From: an uncultured Streptomyces sp. | Lineage (GTDB): Bacteria; Actinomycetota; Actinomycetes; Streptomycetales; Streptomycetaceae | Length of the DNA: 64,000 nucleotides | NCBI GenBank assembly: GCA_965653385.1 | Contig: CBFGZZ010000002.1 | Span: 6,997 to 70,996, forward strand | Reading direction: 5' to 3' | Shown here: positions 1-9,421 of the stretch, piece after piece | Layout of the letters: the number at the start of each line of letters is the position of its first letter | Numbering within the stretch: the stretch's first letter is position 1 | The notes under the pieces: model-generated | The model's database searches: none | What the model was told of the DNA's origin: nothing | Seen by the model: the letters and a program-made list of their open reading frames with translations, nothing else | Translations under genes and position numbers: made by a program

Positions 1-1406
<1,406 letters not shown>

Positions 1407-1469
1407 GGGCGCGGCCGCCCGGCAAAAAGGGCCCTCGCAGGCTTTCGCCTGTGAAGACCCTTCGCACCG

Positions 1470-1543
<74 letters not shown>

Positions 1544-1691
1544 GTGCCTGTCTGACCTGGGGTTTCCCCCGGCCGAACGTGCATGGAAACAATACCGCAC
1601 TCGGGTCGGTGGTCGCGCACTCGTTTATGCGTGGCCACCAGCTCGGGAACGGACCGAGGTCGCGCGACCACACCGGGTGGCCCCCCGGTGT

Positions 1692-2081
1692 TCACTCCCC
1701 CGTCGGCAGCCCCAACTCCGGATACGCGTCCAACAGCCTCGTGGGTGCCGCCTGCCGCCAGGAGTCGGCGAGGATGTCGCGCAGTTCGTCCTCGTCCTCC
1801 AGGGCGGCGAGCCGGGCTCTGACCCAGGCGAACTGCGCCTCGTGATCGGCGATCCAGAACTTGCCCGGCTCGGCCACGACCAGTTCGTCGCGCTCCTCCT
1901 TCGGGCAGCGCACGGCGATGGACGTCTCCTCCTCGGGCAGTGTGGCGAACATCTTGCCCGCGACCCGGAAGGTGGGCATGCTCCAGGCGATCTTCTCCGT
2001 CGTGTCCGGCAGAGACAGGGCGATACGGCGTACGTCTTCGGCATCCGGCATGACACGCACGGTAGCCGCCGGCACTGACAA
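1692..2081 (-). CDS. MmcQ/YjbR family DNA-binding protein
   Basis: 129-aa ORF. Size and the SLPDTTEK..W..PTFRVAGKMFA pattern fit the YjbR/MmcQ fold. An alternative ATG start lies at 2051. Confidence 0.6.
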   Translation of the reverse strand: MSVPAATVRVMPDAEDVRRIALSLPDTTEKIAWSMPTFRVAGKMFATLPEEETSIAVRCPKEERDELVVAEPGKFWIADHEAQFAWVRARLAALEDEDELRDILADSWRQAAPTRLLDAYPELGLPTGE

Positions 2082-2128
2082 TCACCTGGTGAGAGGGATT
2101 TCCGCGAACGGAACCCCGGCACGGGACC

Positions 2129-2614
2129 CTAGAAGCTGAATTCCATGAACGCCCCGAGTCCACGATCGGCCGCTTCCCCGAAGAACTCGACCAATTCCCC
2201 GTACGTGGCCTCGAGCCCGTCCAGCCGCCCGTCCGGATCGAACCTCCACATGTTGGGGTACACGTCCTCCTTCGCCATCCGCTCCGGATCGTAGTGGGAC
2301 GCCAGCCTTGCCCACGGGGTCGCCCGCAGTTCCCGTGCCACGCCGTCGATCTGCTCCGCGGTCCACCCGAACAGGGTGCCGTCGTCCAGGATCTGGAACC
2401 CGTCCATCACGAACTCCAGTGACAGCTCGGCCTCGTCGAACAGGAACTGGAGGCCGGCGAAGTCCCGGCCGGGGCCGCCGTAGAGGCGACCGGGTATCGG
2501 GTAGTGGTCCCCGGAGTACAGCTCAGAGTAGAACTCGTCGGCCCAACTCGGGTCCTGCTCCGCCCTGTCCAGCTCCTCCGTCGTCGCGCTGACGAACGAG
2601 ATACTCACGCCCAT
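2129..2614 (-). CDS. DUF1877 (YfbM-like) family protein
   Basis: The track ORF 2129..2623 opens on TTG. The in-frame ATG at 2614 is preceded by GGGAGA about 10 nt upstream. Acidic, Tyr/Phe-rich sequence resembles DUF1877. Confidence 0.5.
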   Translation of the reverse strand: MGVSISFVSATTEELDRAEQDPSWADEFYSELYSGDHYPIPGRLYGGPGRDFAGLQFLFDEAELSLEFVMDGFQILDDGTLFGWTAEQIDGVARELRATPWARLASHYDPERMAKEDVYPNMWRFDPDGRLDGLEATYGELVEFFGEAADRGLGAFMEFSF

Positions 2615-2750
2615 GGCAGGCAATCTCCCTTGATACGGGTGTCGTGTGGTCGATCAACGACGGCGAGTGTTCCAGGCGGCACTGACACCGCACTCACCTC
2701 ACCGCCCCGCGCCCCGCGCACCCCCGCACACCCCCGTCCGCCTCGGCGAG

Positions 2751-3263
2751 TCACACGTGCTTGTAGTAGATCGTCGTGGGCCGCAGAACTCCGTCCGGGG
2801 CGGCCGCGTAGTCGGGGATCACTCCGGCCCGGCTCCAGCCGGCCGAGCCGTACAGGCGCTCGGCGAGGCTGTCGGTCTCGGTGTCCAGGTGGAGGAGGGT
2901 GACCCCGGCGCCGCTCGCCGCCTCTTCCGCGGTCGTCAGGAGGGTACGGCCGAGGCCCTGCCCCCGCGCGTCCCGGTGCACCATCAGCTTGACCAGCTCG
3001 GCCCGGTGGCGGCTGTTGGGCTTGTCGGCGAACGCCAGACTGACCGTGCCGACGGTTCGCCCGTCCTCGGATGCCGCCCACACGGCCAGCCGGCCGGCGG
3101 CCACGGCGGCCGCGCGATCCTTCCACCAGGCCATGGCCGCCGTGCGGTCGAGGGGGCCGAGGAATCCGACGGAGGCCCCGTCCGTCACGGTGTCCACCAG
3201 CAGGTCGGCCAAGTCCTCGACCAGTTCCAGGAGTTGGGCCCCGTCCAGTCGCGTCACGATCAC
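2751..3263 (-). CDS. GNAT family N-acetyltransferase
   Basis: Acetyl-CoA motif A is present (HRDARGQGLGRTLL). The start was trimmed to the GTG at 3263, which overlaps the stop of the upstream regulator as GTGA (3260-3263). Confidence 0.8.
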   Translation of the reverse strand: MIVTRLDGAQLLELVEDLADLLVDTVTDGASVGFLGPLDRTAAMAWWKDRAAAVAAGRLAVWAASEDGRTVGTVSLAFADKPNSRHRAELVKLMVHRDARGQGLGRTLLTTAEEAASGAGVTLLHLDTETDSLAERLYGSAGWSRAGVIPDYAAAPDGVLRPTTIYYKHV

Positions 3264-3865
3264 GGCAGCACCACCGCCAGCACATACCGCACCGCCTCGG
3301 GACCGGCGCACCGGAACCGCGTGGCCCCCCACACCCGCATCCGCAGACAGTCCCCGGGGTCGAGATGGTGCTCAGTCTCCTGAACCGTCACGTCGAGGGC
3401 TCCTTCCAGCACCCAGATGTGCTGCTCCAGGCCCGGCACGGGCGGCCGGTCGTACGCGATGTCGGCGCCCGCGTCGAGCCGTCCCTCGACGAGTTCGGCG
3501 CGCAGCCCGGTGTGCGGCGGGGACACGGATCGGCGTACGAACCCGGAGGTGCGGTCCTCCCACACTGGCTGCTCGGCCGCCCGCACCAGCAGCGCCGGCT
3601 CGCCCTCGACCTCGCTGAGCAGCTGGGACATGGTCCGCCCGTACACATGGCACAGGCGGTTCAGCAGCGAGGCCGTGGGGCTGGTCTCGGCGCGCTCGGC
3701 GCGGGACAGGGTCGAGCGGCTGACGCCGCTGCGCTCGGCCAACTCGCCCAGGGACCAGCCGCGCTCGGCCCGCAACTCGGCCAGACGCGTGCCGAGTCGG
3801 GCGTCGACGGGGTCCAGGGTTTCGACTCCGTCCACATTTCCTTGTTTCCTATCCACCTGTCTCAC
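3260..3865 (-). CDS. XRE-family HTH regulator with C-terminal cupin domain
   Basis: N-terminal HTH_3 pattern (LGTRLAELRAERGWSLGELAERSGVSRSTLSRAER) followed by a beta-rich C-terminal half (HIWVLEGALDVTV..PGDCL) typical of cupin_2. Confidence 0.8.
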   Translation of the reverse strand: MRQVDRKQGNVDGVETLDPVDARLGTRLAELRAERGWSLGELAERSGVSRSTLSRAERAETSPTASLLNRLCHVYGRTMSQLLSEVEGEPALLVRAAEQPVWEDRTSGFVRRSVSPPHTGLRAELVEGRLDAGADIAYDRPPVPGLEQHIWVLEGALDVTVQETEHHLDPGDCLRMRVWGATRFRCAGPEAVRYVLAVVLP

Positions 3866-3911
3866 ATCCGGGAAGTTATCCCAGATATGAAACAGCGATG
3901 TTACGGGCCGC

Positions 3912-4814
3912 TCACTCCCCCGCCGCCGCCCCGAGCGCCGCGAGCACCGGCCGGATCAAGGGGTGCTCCTCGGCGCCTCGCCGTACGGCCGCGAACACCC
4001 GGCGCGTGGGCGCCACCCCGTCCACGGGACGTACGACAACCCCTGTGAGGTCCATGCCGCGCAGCGCCGAGCGCGGTACGAGTGCCACGCCCGCGTCGGC
4101 CGAGGCGAGGGCGACGACCGCGCGGAAGTCGTCCGAGGAGTGTTCGAGGCGGGGCTGGAAACCGGCGTTCTCGCAGGCCAGGACGACCACGTCATGGCAG
4201 GGATTGCCGGGGTACGGGCCGATCCAGGGGTCCTTGGCCAGCTCCGCGAGAGGGACCTCGGCGGTGTCGGCCAGCCGGTGGCTCACCGGGACGACCGCGT
4301 CGAAGGGCTCGGCGTACAGCGGTAGGTGCGCCAGGCGCGGGTCGTCGGCGGGCGGCGCCCCCCGGTACTCGACGGCCACCGCGATGTCGACCTGCCGGTC
4401 CAGCACCATCGGCAGGCTGGCGTCGCCCTCGGCGTCCTGGACACGGATGCGAATACCCGGGGACGTCCCGGCGAGGCGGGACACCGCCGGGGCCACGACC
4501 TGGGCGATACCGGTCGCGAACGAGGCGACGGTGACCGTGCCGGCCGCCCCCGAGTCGTACGCGGCGAGCTCCGCTTCCGCCCGCTCCAGCTGGGCGAGGA
4601 CGGCGTTGGTGTGATTGAGCAGGATCTCGCCGGCCGGGGTCAGCCGTACGCCTTTGGCGCCGCGCTCGACGAGGCGGTGGCCGGTCTCCTGCTCCAGGGC
4701 CGTCAGCTGCTGGGAGACCGCCGAGGGGGTCAGATACAGCGCGGCGGCAGCCGCCGTCACCGTGCGGTGGTCGGCCACCGCACGGAGGATGTGGAGCCGC
4801 CGCGCTTCGATCAT
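3912..4814 (-). CDS. LysR family transcriptional regulator
   Basis: N-terminus reads LHILRAVADHRTVTAAAAALYLTPSAVSQQLTALEQETGHRLVER, a classical LysR HTH. 300 aa. ATG start confirmed at 4814. Confidence 0.9.
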   Translation of the reverse strand: MIEARRLHILRAVADHRTVTAAAAALYLTPSAVSQQLTALEQETGHRLVERGAKGVRLTPAGEILLNHTNAVLAQLERAEAELAAYDSGAAGTVTVASFATGIAQVVAPAVSRLAGTSPGIRIRVQDAEGDASLPMVLDRQVDIAVAVEYRGAPPADDPRLAHLPLYAEPFDAVVPVSHRLADTAEVPLAELAKDPWIGPYPGNPCHDVVVLACENAGFQPRLEHSSDDFRAVVALASADAGVALVPRSALRGMDLTGVVVRPVDGVAPTRRVFAAVRRGAEEHPLIRPVLAALGAAAGE

Positions 4815-4851
4815 GAGATCGATTATCGCAAGGTCCGGAGCGGGCCGGACG

Positions 4852-6045
4852 TCAGCCTTCCAGTTCCGCCCGGGCCGCGACGAAGGCGTCCACCGCGCGG
4901 TTGACGTCGTCCGTCGAGTGCGCGGCGGACAGCTGGACGCGGATGCGGGCCTGGCCCTGCGGCACCACGGGGTAGGAGAAGCCGATCACGTACACACCAC
5001 GTTCCAGCAGCAGCTCCGCCATCCGGCCGGCGACAGCCGCGTCGCCGATCATCACGGGCGCGATGGCGTGCTCGCCGGGGAGGATGGCGAAGCCCTCCTC
5101 GTTCATCCGGCGACGGAACAGCGCCGTGTTCTCGGCCAGCCGGACGCGCAGGTCGTCCGCCGACTCCAGCAGGTCGAGGACCTTCAGTGAGGCCGCCGCG
5201 ATCACCGGGGCCAAGGTGTTGGAGAACAGGTACGGGCGGGAGCGCTGGCGCAGCAGGGCGACGATCTCGGCGCGGGCCGCCACATAGCCGCCGGACGCGC
5301 CACCTAGCGCCTTGCCGAGGGTGCCGGTGATGATGTCGACGCGGTCCATGACGCCGTGCAGCTCGGGCGTGCCGCGGCCGCCGGGGCCGACGAAGCCGAC
5401 GGCGTGCGAGTCGTCGACCATGACCATGGCGTCGTAGCGGTCGGCGAGGTCGCAGATCTCGGCCAGCGGCGCCACGTAGCCGTCCATGGAGAAGACGCCG
5501 TCAGTGACGATCAGGCGGCGGCGGGCGTCGGCGGCGTCCTTCAACTGCCGTTCCAGATCGGCCAGGTCGCGGTTGGCGTAGCGGAACCGGCGGGCCTTGG
5601 ACAGCCGGATGCCGTCGATGATCGACGCGTGGTTCAGGGCGTCGGAGATGACCGCGTCCTCCGGGCCGAGCAGCGTCTCGAAGACGCCGCCGTTGGCGTC
5701 GAAGCAGGAGGAGTACAGGATCGTGTCCTCCTGGCCGAGGAACGCGGAGAGCCGTGCCTCCAGTTCCTTGTGGACCTCCTGCGTGCCGCAGATGAAGCGG
5801 ACCGAGGCCATGCCGTAGCCCCAGCGGTCCAGCGCCTGGTGGGCGGCGGCGATCACCTCGGGGTGGTCGGCGAGGCCTAGGTAGTTGTTGGCGCAGAAGT
5901 TGAGGACCTCGCCGGGACGGCCGCCCGCGCTGACGTTGACGGTCGCGGACTGCGGGGTGTCGATGACCCGCTCGGGCTTGTGCAGACCGGCGGCGCGGAT
6001 CTCGTCGAGGGTGGCGCGCAGGTCGTCGCGCACGGAGTCGAACAT
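4852..6045 (-). CDS. kbl: Glycine C-acetyltransferase (2-amino-3-ketobutyrate CoA ligase)
   Basis: 397-aa PLP class-II aminotransferase fold ([18 protein letters not shown]). AGGAG lies 7 nt upstream of the ATG at 6045. It sits directly downstream of tdh. Confidence 0.9.
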   Translation of the reverse strand: MFDSVRDDLRATLDEIRAAGLHKPERVIDTPQSATVNVSAGGRPGEVLNFCANNYLGLADHPEVIAAAHQALDRWGYGMASVRFICGTQEVHKELEARLSAFLGQEDTILYSSCFDANGGVFETLLGPEDAVISDALNHASIIDGIRLSKARRFRYANRDLADLERQLKDAADARRRLIVTDGVFSMDGYVAPLAEICDLADRYDAMVMVDDSHAVGFVGPGGRGTPELHGVMDRVDIITGTLGKALGGASGGYVAARAEIVALLRQRSRPYLFSNTLAPVIAAASLKVLDLLESADDLRVRLAENTALFRRRMNEEGFAILPGEHAIAPVMIGDAAVAGRMAELLLERGVYVIGFSYPVVPQGQARIRVQLSAAHSTDDVNRAVDAFVAARAELEG

Positions 6046-6105
6046 CGGAAAGCTCCTAGAAAGGCAGATGACTTACGCGGGGGGGCAGGGGACGTGCGCG
6101 GTGAC

Positions 6106-7134
6106 TCAGACGGTCCAGTCGAGGATGACCTTGCCGCCACGCCCACTCGCCGCGTCGGCGAACGCCGCCTCGAAGTCGCGGTGGCCGTACCGGCCGGTGA
6201 TCACGGGGGCGAGATCGAGGCCGCCCTCCAGCAGTACGGACATCGCATACCAGGTCTCGAACATCTCCCGGCCGTAGATGCCCTTGATGGTGATCATCGA
6301 AGTGACGATCCGGGCCCAGTCGACCGGGAACTCCTGCGCCGGCAGGCCGAGCATGGCGATACGGCCGCCGTGCGTCATGTTGGCGATCATGTCGCGCATC
6401 GCCTCGGGACGGCCGGACATCTCCAGGCCGATGTCGAAGCCCTCGCGCAGGCCGAGTGTGCGCTGCCCGTCGCCGATGGTCGACTCGGAGACGTTCAGCG
6501 CCAGGCTCACGCCGATCTTGCGGGCAAGCTCCAGCCGTTCCTCGCTCACATCGGTGATCACGACGTTGCGGGCGCCCGCGTGCCGGGCCACGGCGGCCGC
6601 CATCAGGCCGATCGGACCGGCGCCGGTGATCAGGACGTCCTCGCCGACCAGCGGGAACGACAGCGCGGTGTGCACGGCGTTGCCGAACGGGTCGAAGATC
6701 GCGGCCACGTCGAGGTCGACGGGCACGCGGTGCACCCACACATTGGCGGCCGGCAGCGCGACGTACTCGGCGAAGGCGCCGTCCCGTCCGACCCCGAGGC
6801 CGACCGTGGCCCGGCACAGATGGCGGCGTCCGGCCAGGCAGTTGCGGCACTTGCCGCACACCAGATGGCCCTCGCCGCTGACCCGGTCGCCGACGGCGAT
6901 GTCACCGACGTCGCGTCCGACCTCGACGACCTCGCCCACGAACTCGTGCCCGAGCACGAGCGGGGTGCGGATCGCCTGCTGTGCCCAGCCGTCCCAGGCA
7001 TGGATGTGCAGATCGGTGCCGCAGATGCCGGTGCGCAGCACCTTGATCAGTACGTCACCGGGTCCGACGGCCGGGTCCGGCACGTCCGCGAGCCGGAGCC
7101 CGGGCTCCGCCTTCTCCTTGACCAGCGCCTTCAC
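6106..7134 (-). CDS. tdh: L-threonine 3-dehydrogenase
   Basis: Zn-ADH fold with the Tdh-typical N-terminus (V/M)[29 protein letters not shown]. Trimmed from track start 7269 to the GTG at 7134, giving 342 aa. Confidence 0.9.
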   Translation of the reverse strand: MKALVKEKAEPGLRLADVPDPAVGPGDVLIKVLRTGICGTDLHIHAWDGWAQQAIRTPLVLGHEFVGEVVEVGRDVGDIAVGDRVSGEGHLVCGKCRNCLAGRRHLCRATVGLGVGRDGAFAEYVALPAANVWVHRVPVDLDVAAIFDPFGNAVHTALSFPLVGEDVLITGAGPIGLMAAAVARHAGARNVVITDVSEERLELARKIGVSLALNVSESTIGDGQRTLGLREGFDIGLEMSGRPEAMRDMIANMTHGGRIAMLGLPAQEFPVDWARIVTSMITIKGIYGREMFETWYAMSVLLEGGLDLAPVITGRYGHRDFEAAFADAASGRGGKVILDWTV

Positions 7135-7289
7135 GGTACGGCTCCTGTGCGTGAGTCCCGACCGCGGGCATGCCGAAGGCGCCCGCGGCCGGGGAGGGGG
7201 GTGGAATCGCACCTGAATCTGCCGTACGGCGGCGCCCAGGTCCATCGAGGATTTCTTAAGCGGCGCCACAGCTTTCCTTCACGCCCTCG

Positions 7290-7865
7290 CTAAAGGGGCA
7301 GCCCGTCCGCCGCCCGTCGCTCCAGCCGCATCACCAGTTCCGCGGCGGACGCCTTGATGGTCTCCAGGCCGGCCCTCCCCCACGCCCGCGGCTCCGCGTC
7401 GACGACGCACACCGTGCCCAGCGCCATCCCCGTGGAGTCGATGAGCGGGGCACCCAGGTAGGAGCGGATGCCGAACTCGTCGACGATCGGGTTCCCGGCG
7501 AACCGCGGATAGTCACGGACGTCCTCCAGCACCAGCGCCTTGTGTCGGACGACCACATGGGGGCAGAACCCATGGTCGCGCTCCATATGGCGGCCCAGCA
7601 CCGGCTTGGTGTCGTCGCTCCGAGCGAGACTCACGGTCGGCCGCGCATGCAGACCGGCGAAGAACTGCCGGTTCTCGCCGATGAAGTTGACCATGGCGTA
7701 CGGCGCCCCGGTGAGTTCGGCGAGATGGTCCGCGAAGACGTCCAGGGCAGGATCGGGATGTTCCCCCAGACCCAGTTGGAACAGCCGCCGTGCGCGGGCG
7801 GGGGCCTCCTTGTCCTCGGGAGTGAGCAGCAGGCGAGCGACCGGGTGGGGTGGGCCGTGGCTCAT
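7290..7865 (-). CDS. GAF domain-containing protein
   Basis: 191 aa. The C-terminal two thirds (VLEDVRDYPRFAGNPIVDEFGIRSYLGAPLID..GTVCVVD) match the GAF pattern. ATG at 7865. Confidence 0.7.
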   Translation of the reverse strand: MSHGPPHPVARLLLTPEDKEAPARARRLFQLGLGEHPDPALDVFADHLAELTGAPYAMVNFIGENRQFFAGLHARPTVSLARSDDTKPVLGRHMERDHGFCPHVVVRHKALVLEDVRDYPRFAGNPIVDEFGIRSYLGAPLIDSTGMALGTVCVVDAEPRAWGRAGLETIKASAAELVMRLERRAADGLPL

Positions 7866-7925
7866 GGGCGGATTCCGTCGCTGTGGGCGTGGGTCATATG
7901 CGGCTCCGTGCTTTGTGTGCGGATG

Positions 7926-8525
7926 TCACATGTGGGCGCCGTGACTCGGTGCGGGTGCCGGCGCGTGGGCGATGAGGTGCCGGACCAGGGTCAGCAGGGT
8001 CTGGACACCGGAGCTGGAGATCCGGGCGTCGCAGCGGACGACCGGGATCTGCGGGTCGAGGTCGATCGCGGCTCGTACCTCCTCCGGGTCGTAGCGGTGG
8101 GAGCCGTCGAACTCGTTGATGGCGACGATGAAGCCGAGGCCTCGTTGCTCGAAGAAGTCGACGGCGGCGAAGCAGTCCTCCAGGCGCCGGGTGTCGGCGA
8201 GGATGACCGCGCCGAGCGCGCCCTCCGAGAGTTCGTCCCACATGAACCAGAACCGTTCCTGTCCGGGCGTGCCGAACAGGTACAGGACGTGTTCCGGGTC
8301 GAGGGTGATGCGGCCGAAGTCCATGGCCACCGTCGTCTCGACCTTGTTCTCGACACCTTCGAGGCTGTCGGTCGCGGCGCTGACCGTGGTGAGCAGTTCC
8401 TCCGTGCTGAGCGGCGCGATCTCGCTCACCGCGCCGACGAAGGTCGTCTTGCCTACCCCGAACCCACCTGCCACCAAGATCTTCAGTGCGGTGGGGAAGG
8501 GGTCAGAGCTGTCGTCGTAGTCCAT
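7926..8525 (-). CDS. cvnD: Conservon Ras-like GTPase CvnD (ATP/GTP-binding protein)
   Basis: P-loop KILVAGGFGVGKTTF and DTPGQ-like FGTPGQERF. 199 aa. It overlaps the upstream gene by 23 nt. Confidence 0.85.
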   Translation of the reverse strand: MDYDDSSDPFPTALKILVAGGFGVGKTTFVGAVSEIAPLSTEELLTTVSAATDSLEGVENKVETTVAMDFGRITLDPEHVLYLFGTPGQERFWFMWDELSEGALGAVILADTRRLEDCFAAVDFFEQRGLGFIVAINEFDGSHRYDPEEVRAAIDLDPQIPVVRCDARISSSGVQTLLTLVRHLIAHAPAPAPSHGAHM

Positions 8526-8874
8526 CGAGCACTGCCTCCAGAAGGGCCCGGTCAGTCGGGTTGTGGTGGAACTCGGGGGGCTTGGTGGTGAGCGCCCCGC
8601 AGTCGACGAGGTCCGACAGCAGCACCTTGGTGACCGCGGCCGGCAGCTTCAGGTGGGCGGCGACCTCGGCGACCGAGACGGGGGCGCGGCACAGGTCGAG
8701 TGCCTGCTCGTGCTCGGGGCCGAGGTAGCCGAGGGGGGTCGCCCCGGTGGCCATGACCTGCGACATCAGATCGAGCGCGATGGTGGGCCGGGTACGGCCG
8801 TTGCTGACCGTGAACGGGCGCACCAGCCGTCCGGCCGCGTCGTCGAGCCAGGGCCCGTCGCCGGCCGCCGTCAC
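8503..8874 (-). CDS. cvnC: Conservon DUF742 protein CvnC
   Basis: Contains LVRPFTVSNGRTRPT and a C-terminal wHTH-like segment (VAEVAAHLKLPAAVTKVLLSDLVD) typical of DUF742. The start is uncertain: GTG at 8874 (chosen) or TTG at 8880, which overlaps the cvnB stop. Confidence 0.75.
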   Translation of the reverse strand: MTAAGDGPWLDDAAGRLVRPFTVSNGRTRPTIALDLMSQVMATGATPLGYLGPEHEQALDLCRAPVSVAEVAAHLKLPAAVTKVLLSDLVDCGALTTKPPEFHHNPTDRALLEAVLDGLRRQL

Positions 8875-8876
8875 GT

Positions 8877-9311
8877 TCAAGGCCTCATCGCCGAGGGTTC
8901 GACGGAGTGCTGCCGGGGCGCGGTGACCAGGTACGGGCGGACGCTCTTGACCAGCATCGCCATCTCGTAGCCCAGCACCGCGGCGTCGGCCTCGCGGCCG
9001 GCCAGCACCGCGAGACATGTGCCGGAACCGGCGGTCGTGACGAAGAGCAGGGTCGAGTCGAGTTCGACGACGACCTGGCGCACGTCTCCGCCGTCGCCGA
9101 ACCGGACCCCCGCGCTGCGGCCCAGGGAGTACAGGCCGGAGGCCAGGGCGGCCATGTGGTCCGCGCTGTCGGGGTCGAGGCCGTGAACCGACTTCACAAG
9201 CCCGTCGCAGGAGAGGAGCACCGCACTGGTGGTGTGCGGGACACGCTGCACGAGGCCGCTCATCAGCCAGTCGAGATCGGAGACATGAGCGGTCGGCGCT
9301 TCGCTCGCCAT
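8877..9311 (-). CDS. cvnB: Conservon roadblock/LC7 protein CvnB
   Basis: Pattern DLDWLMSGLVQRVPHTTSAVLLSCDGLV is typical of Robl/LC7. The ATG at 9311 has AAGGAG about 10 nt upstream. An alternative ATG at 9425 overlaps the cvnA stop (ATGA) but would add a low-complexity T/P/S extension. Confidence 0.8.
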   Translation of the reverse strand: MASEAPTAHVSDLDWLMSGLVQRVPHTTSAVLLSCDGLVKSVHGLDPDSADHMAALASGLYSLGRSAGVRFGDGGDVRQVVVELDSTLLFVTTAGSGTCLAVLAGREADAAVLGYEMAMLVKSVRPYLVTAPRQHSVEPSAMRP

Positions 9312-9421
9312 GATGGATCGACTCCTTGAGGTACGAAGGTCAGCGGGAGCGCTGGGGGTGGGGGTGCGGGTGGGCGTGGGGGCGGACTTCCAGGCGGACG
9401 TCGAGCTGGTCACGGTCGTGG

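Noticed and set aside
2751-3865. The XRE regulator + GNAT pair read as a GNAT-toxin/antitoxin (TacT/AtaT-like) module.
   Set aside because: The upstream partner is a 201-aa XRE-cupin protein, not a short RHH/DUF1778 antitoxin. The GNAT shows no specific resemblance I can see to tRNA-acetylating toxins. Only the 4-nt overlap fits.
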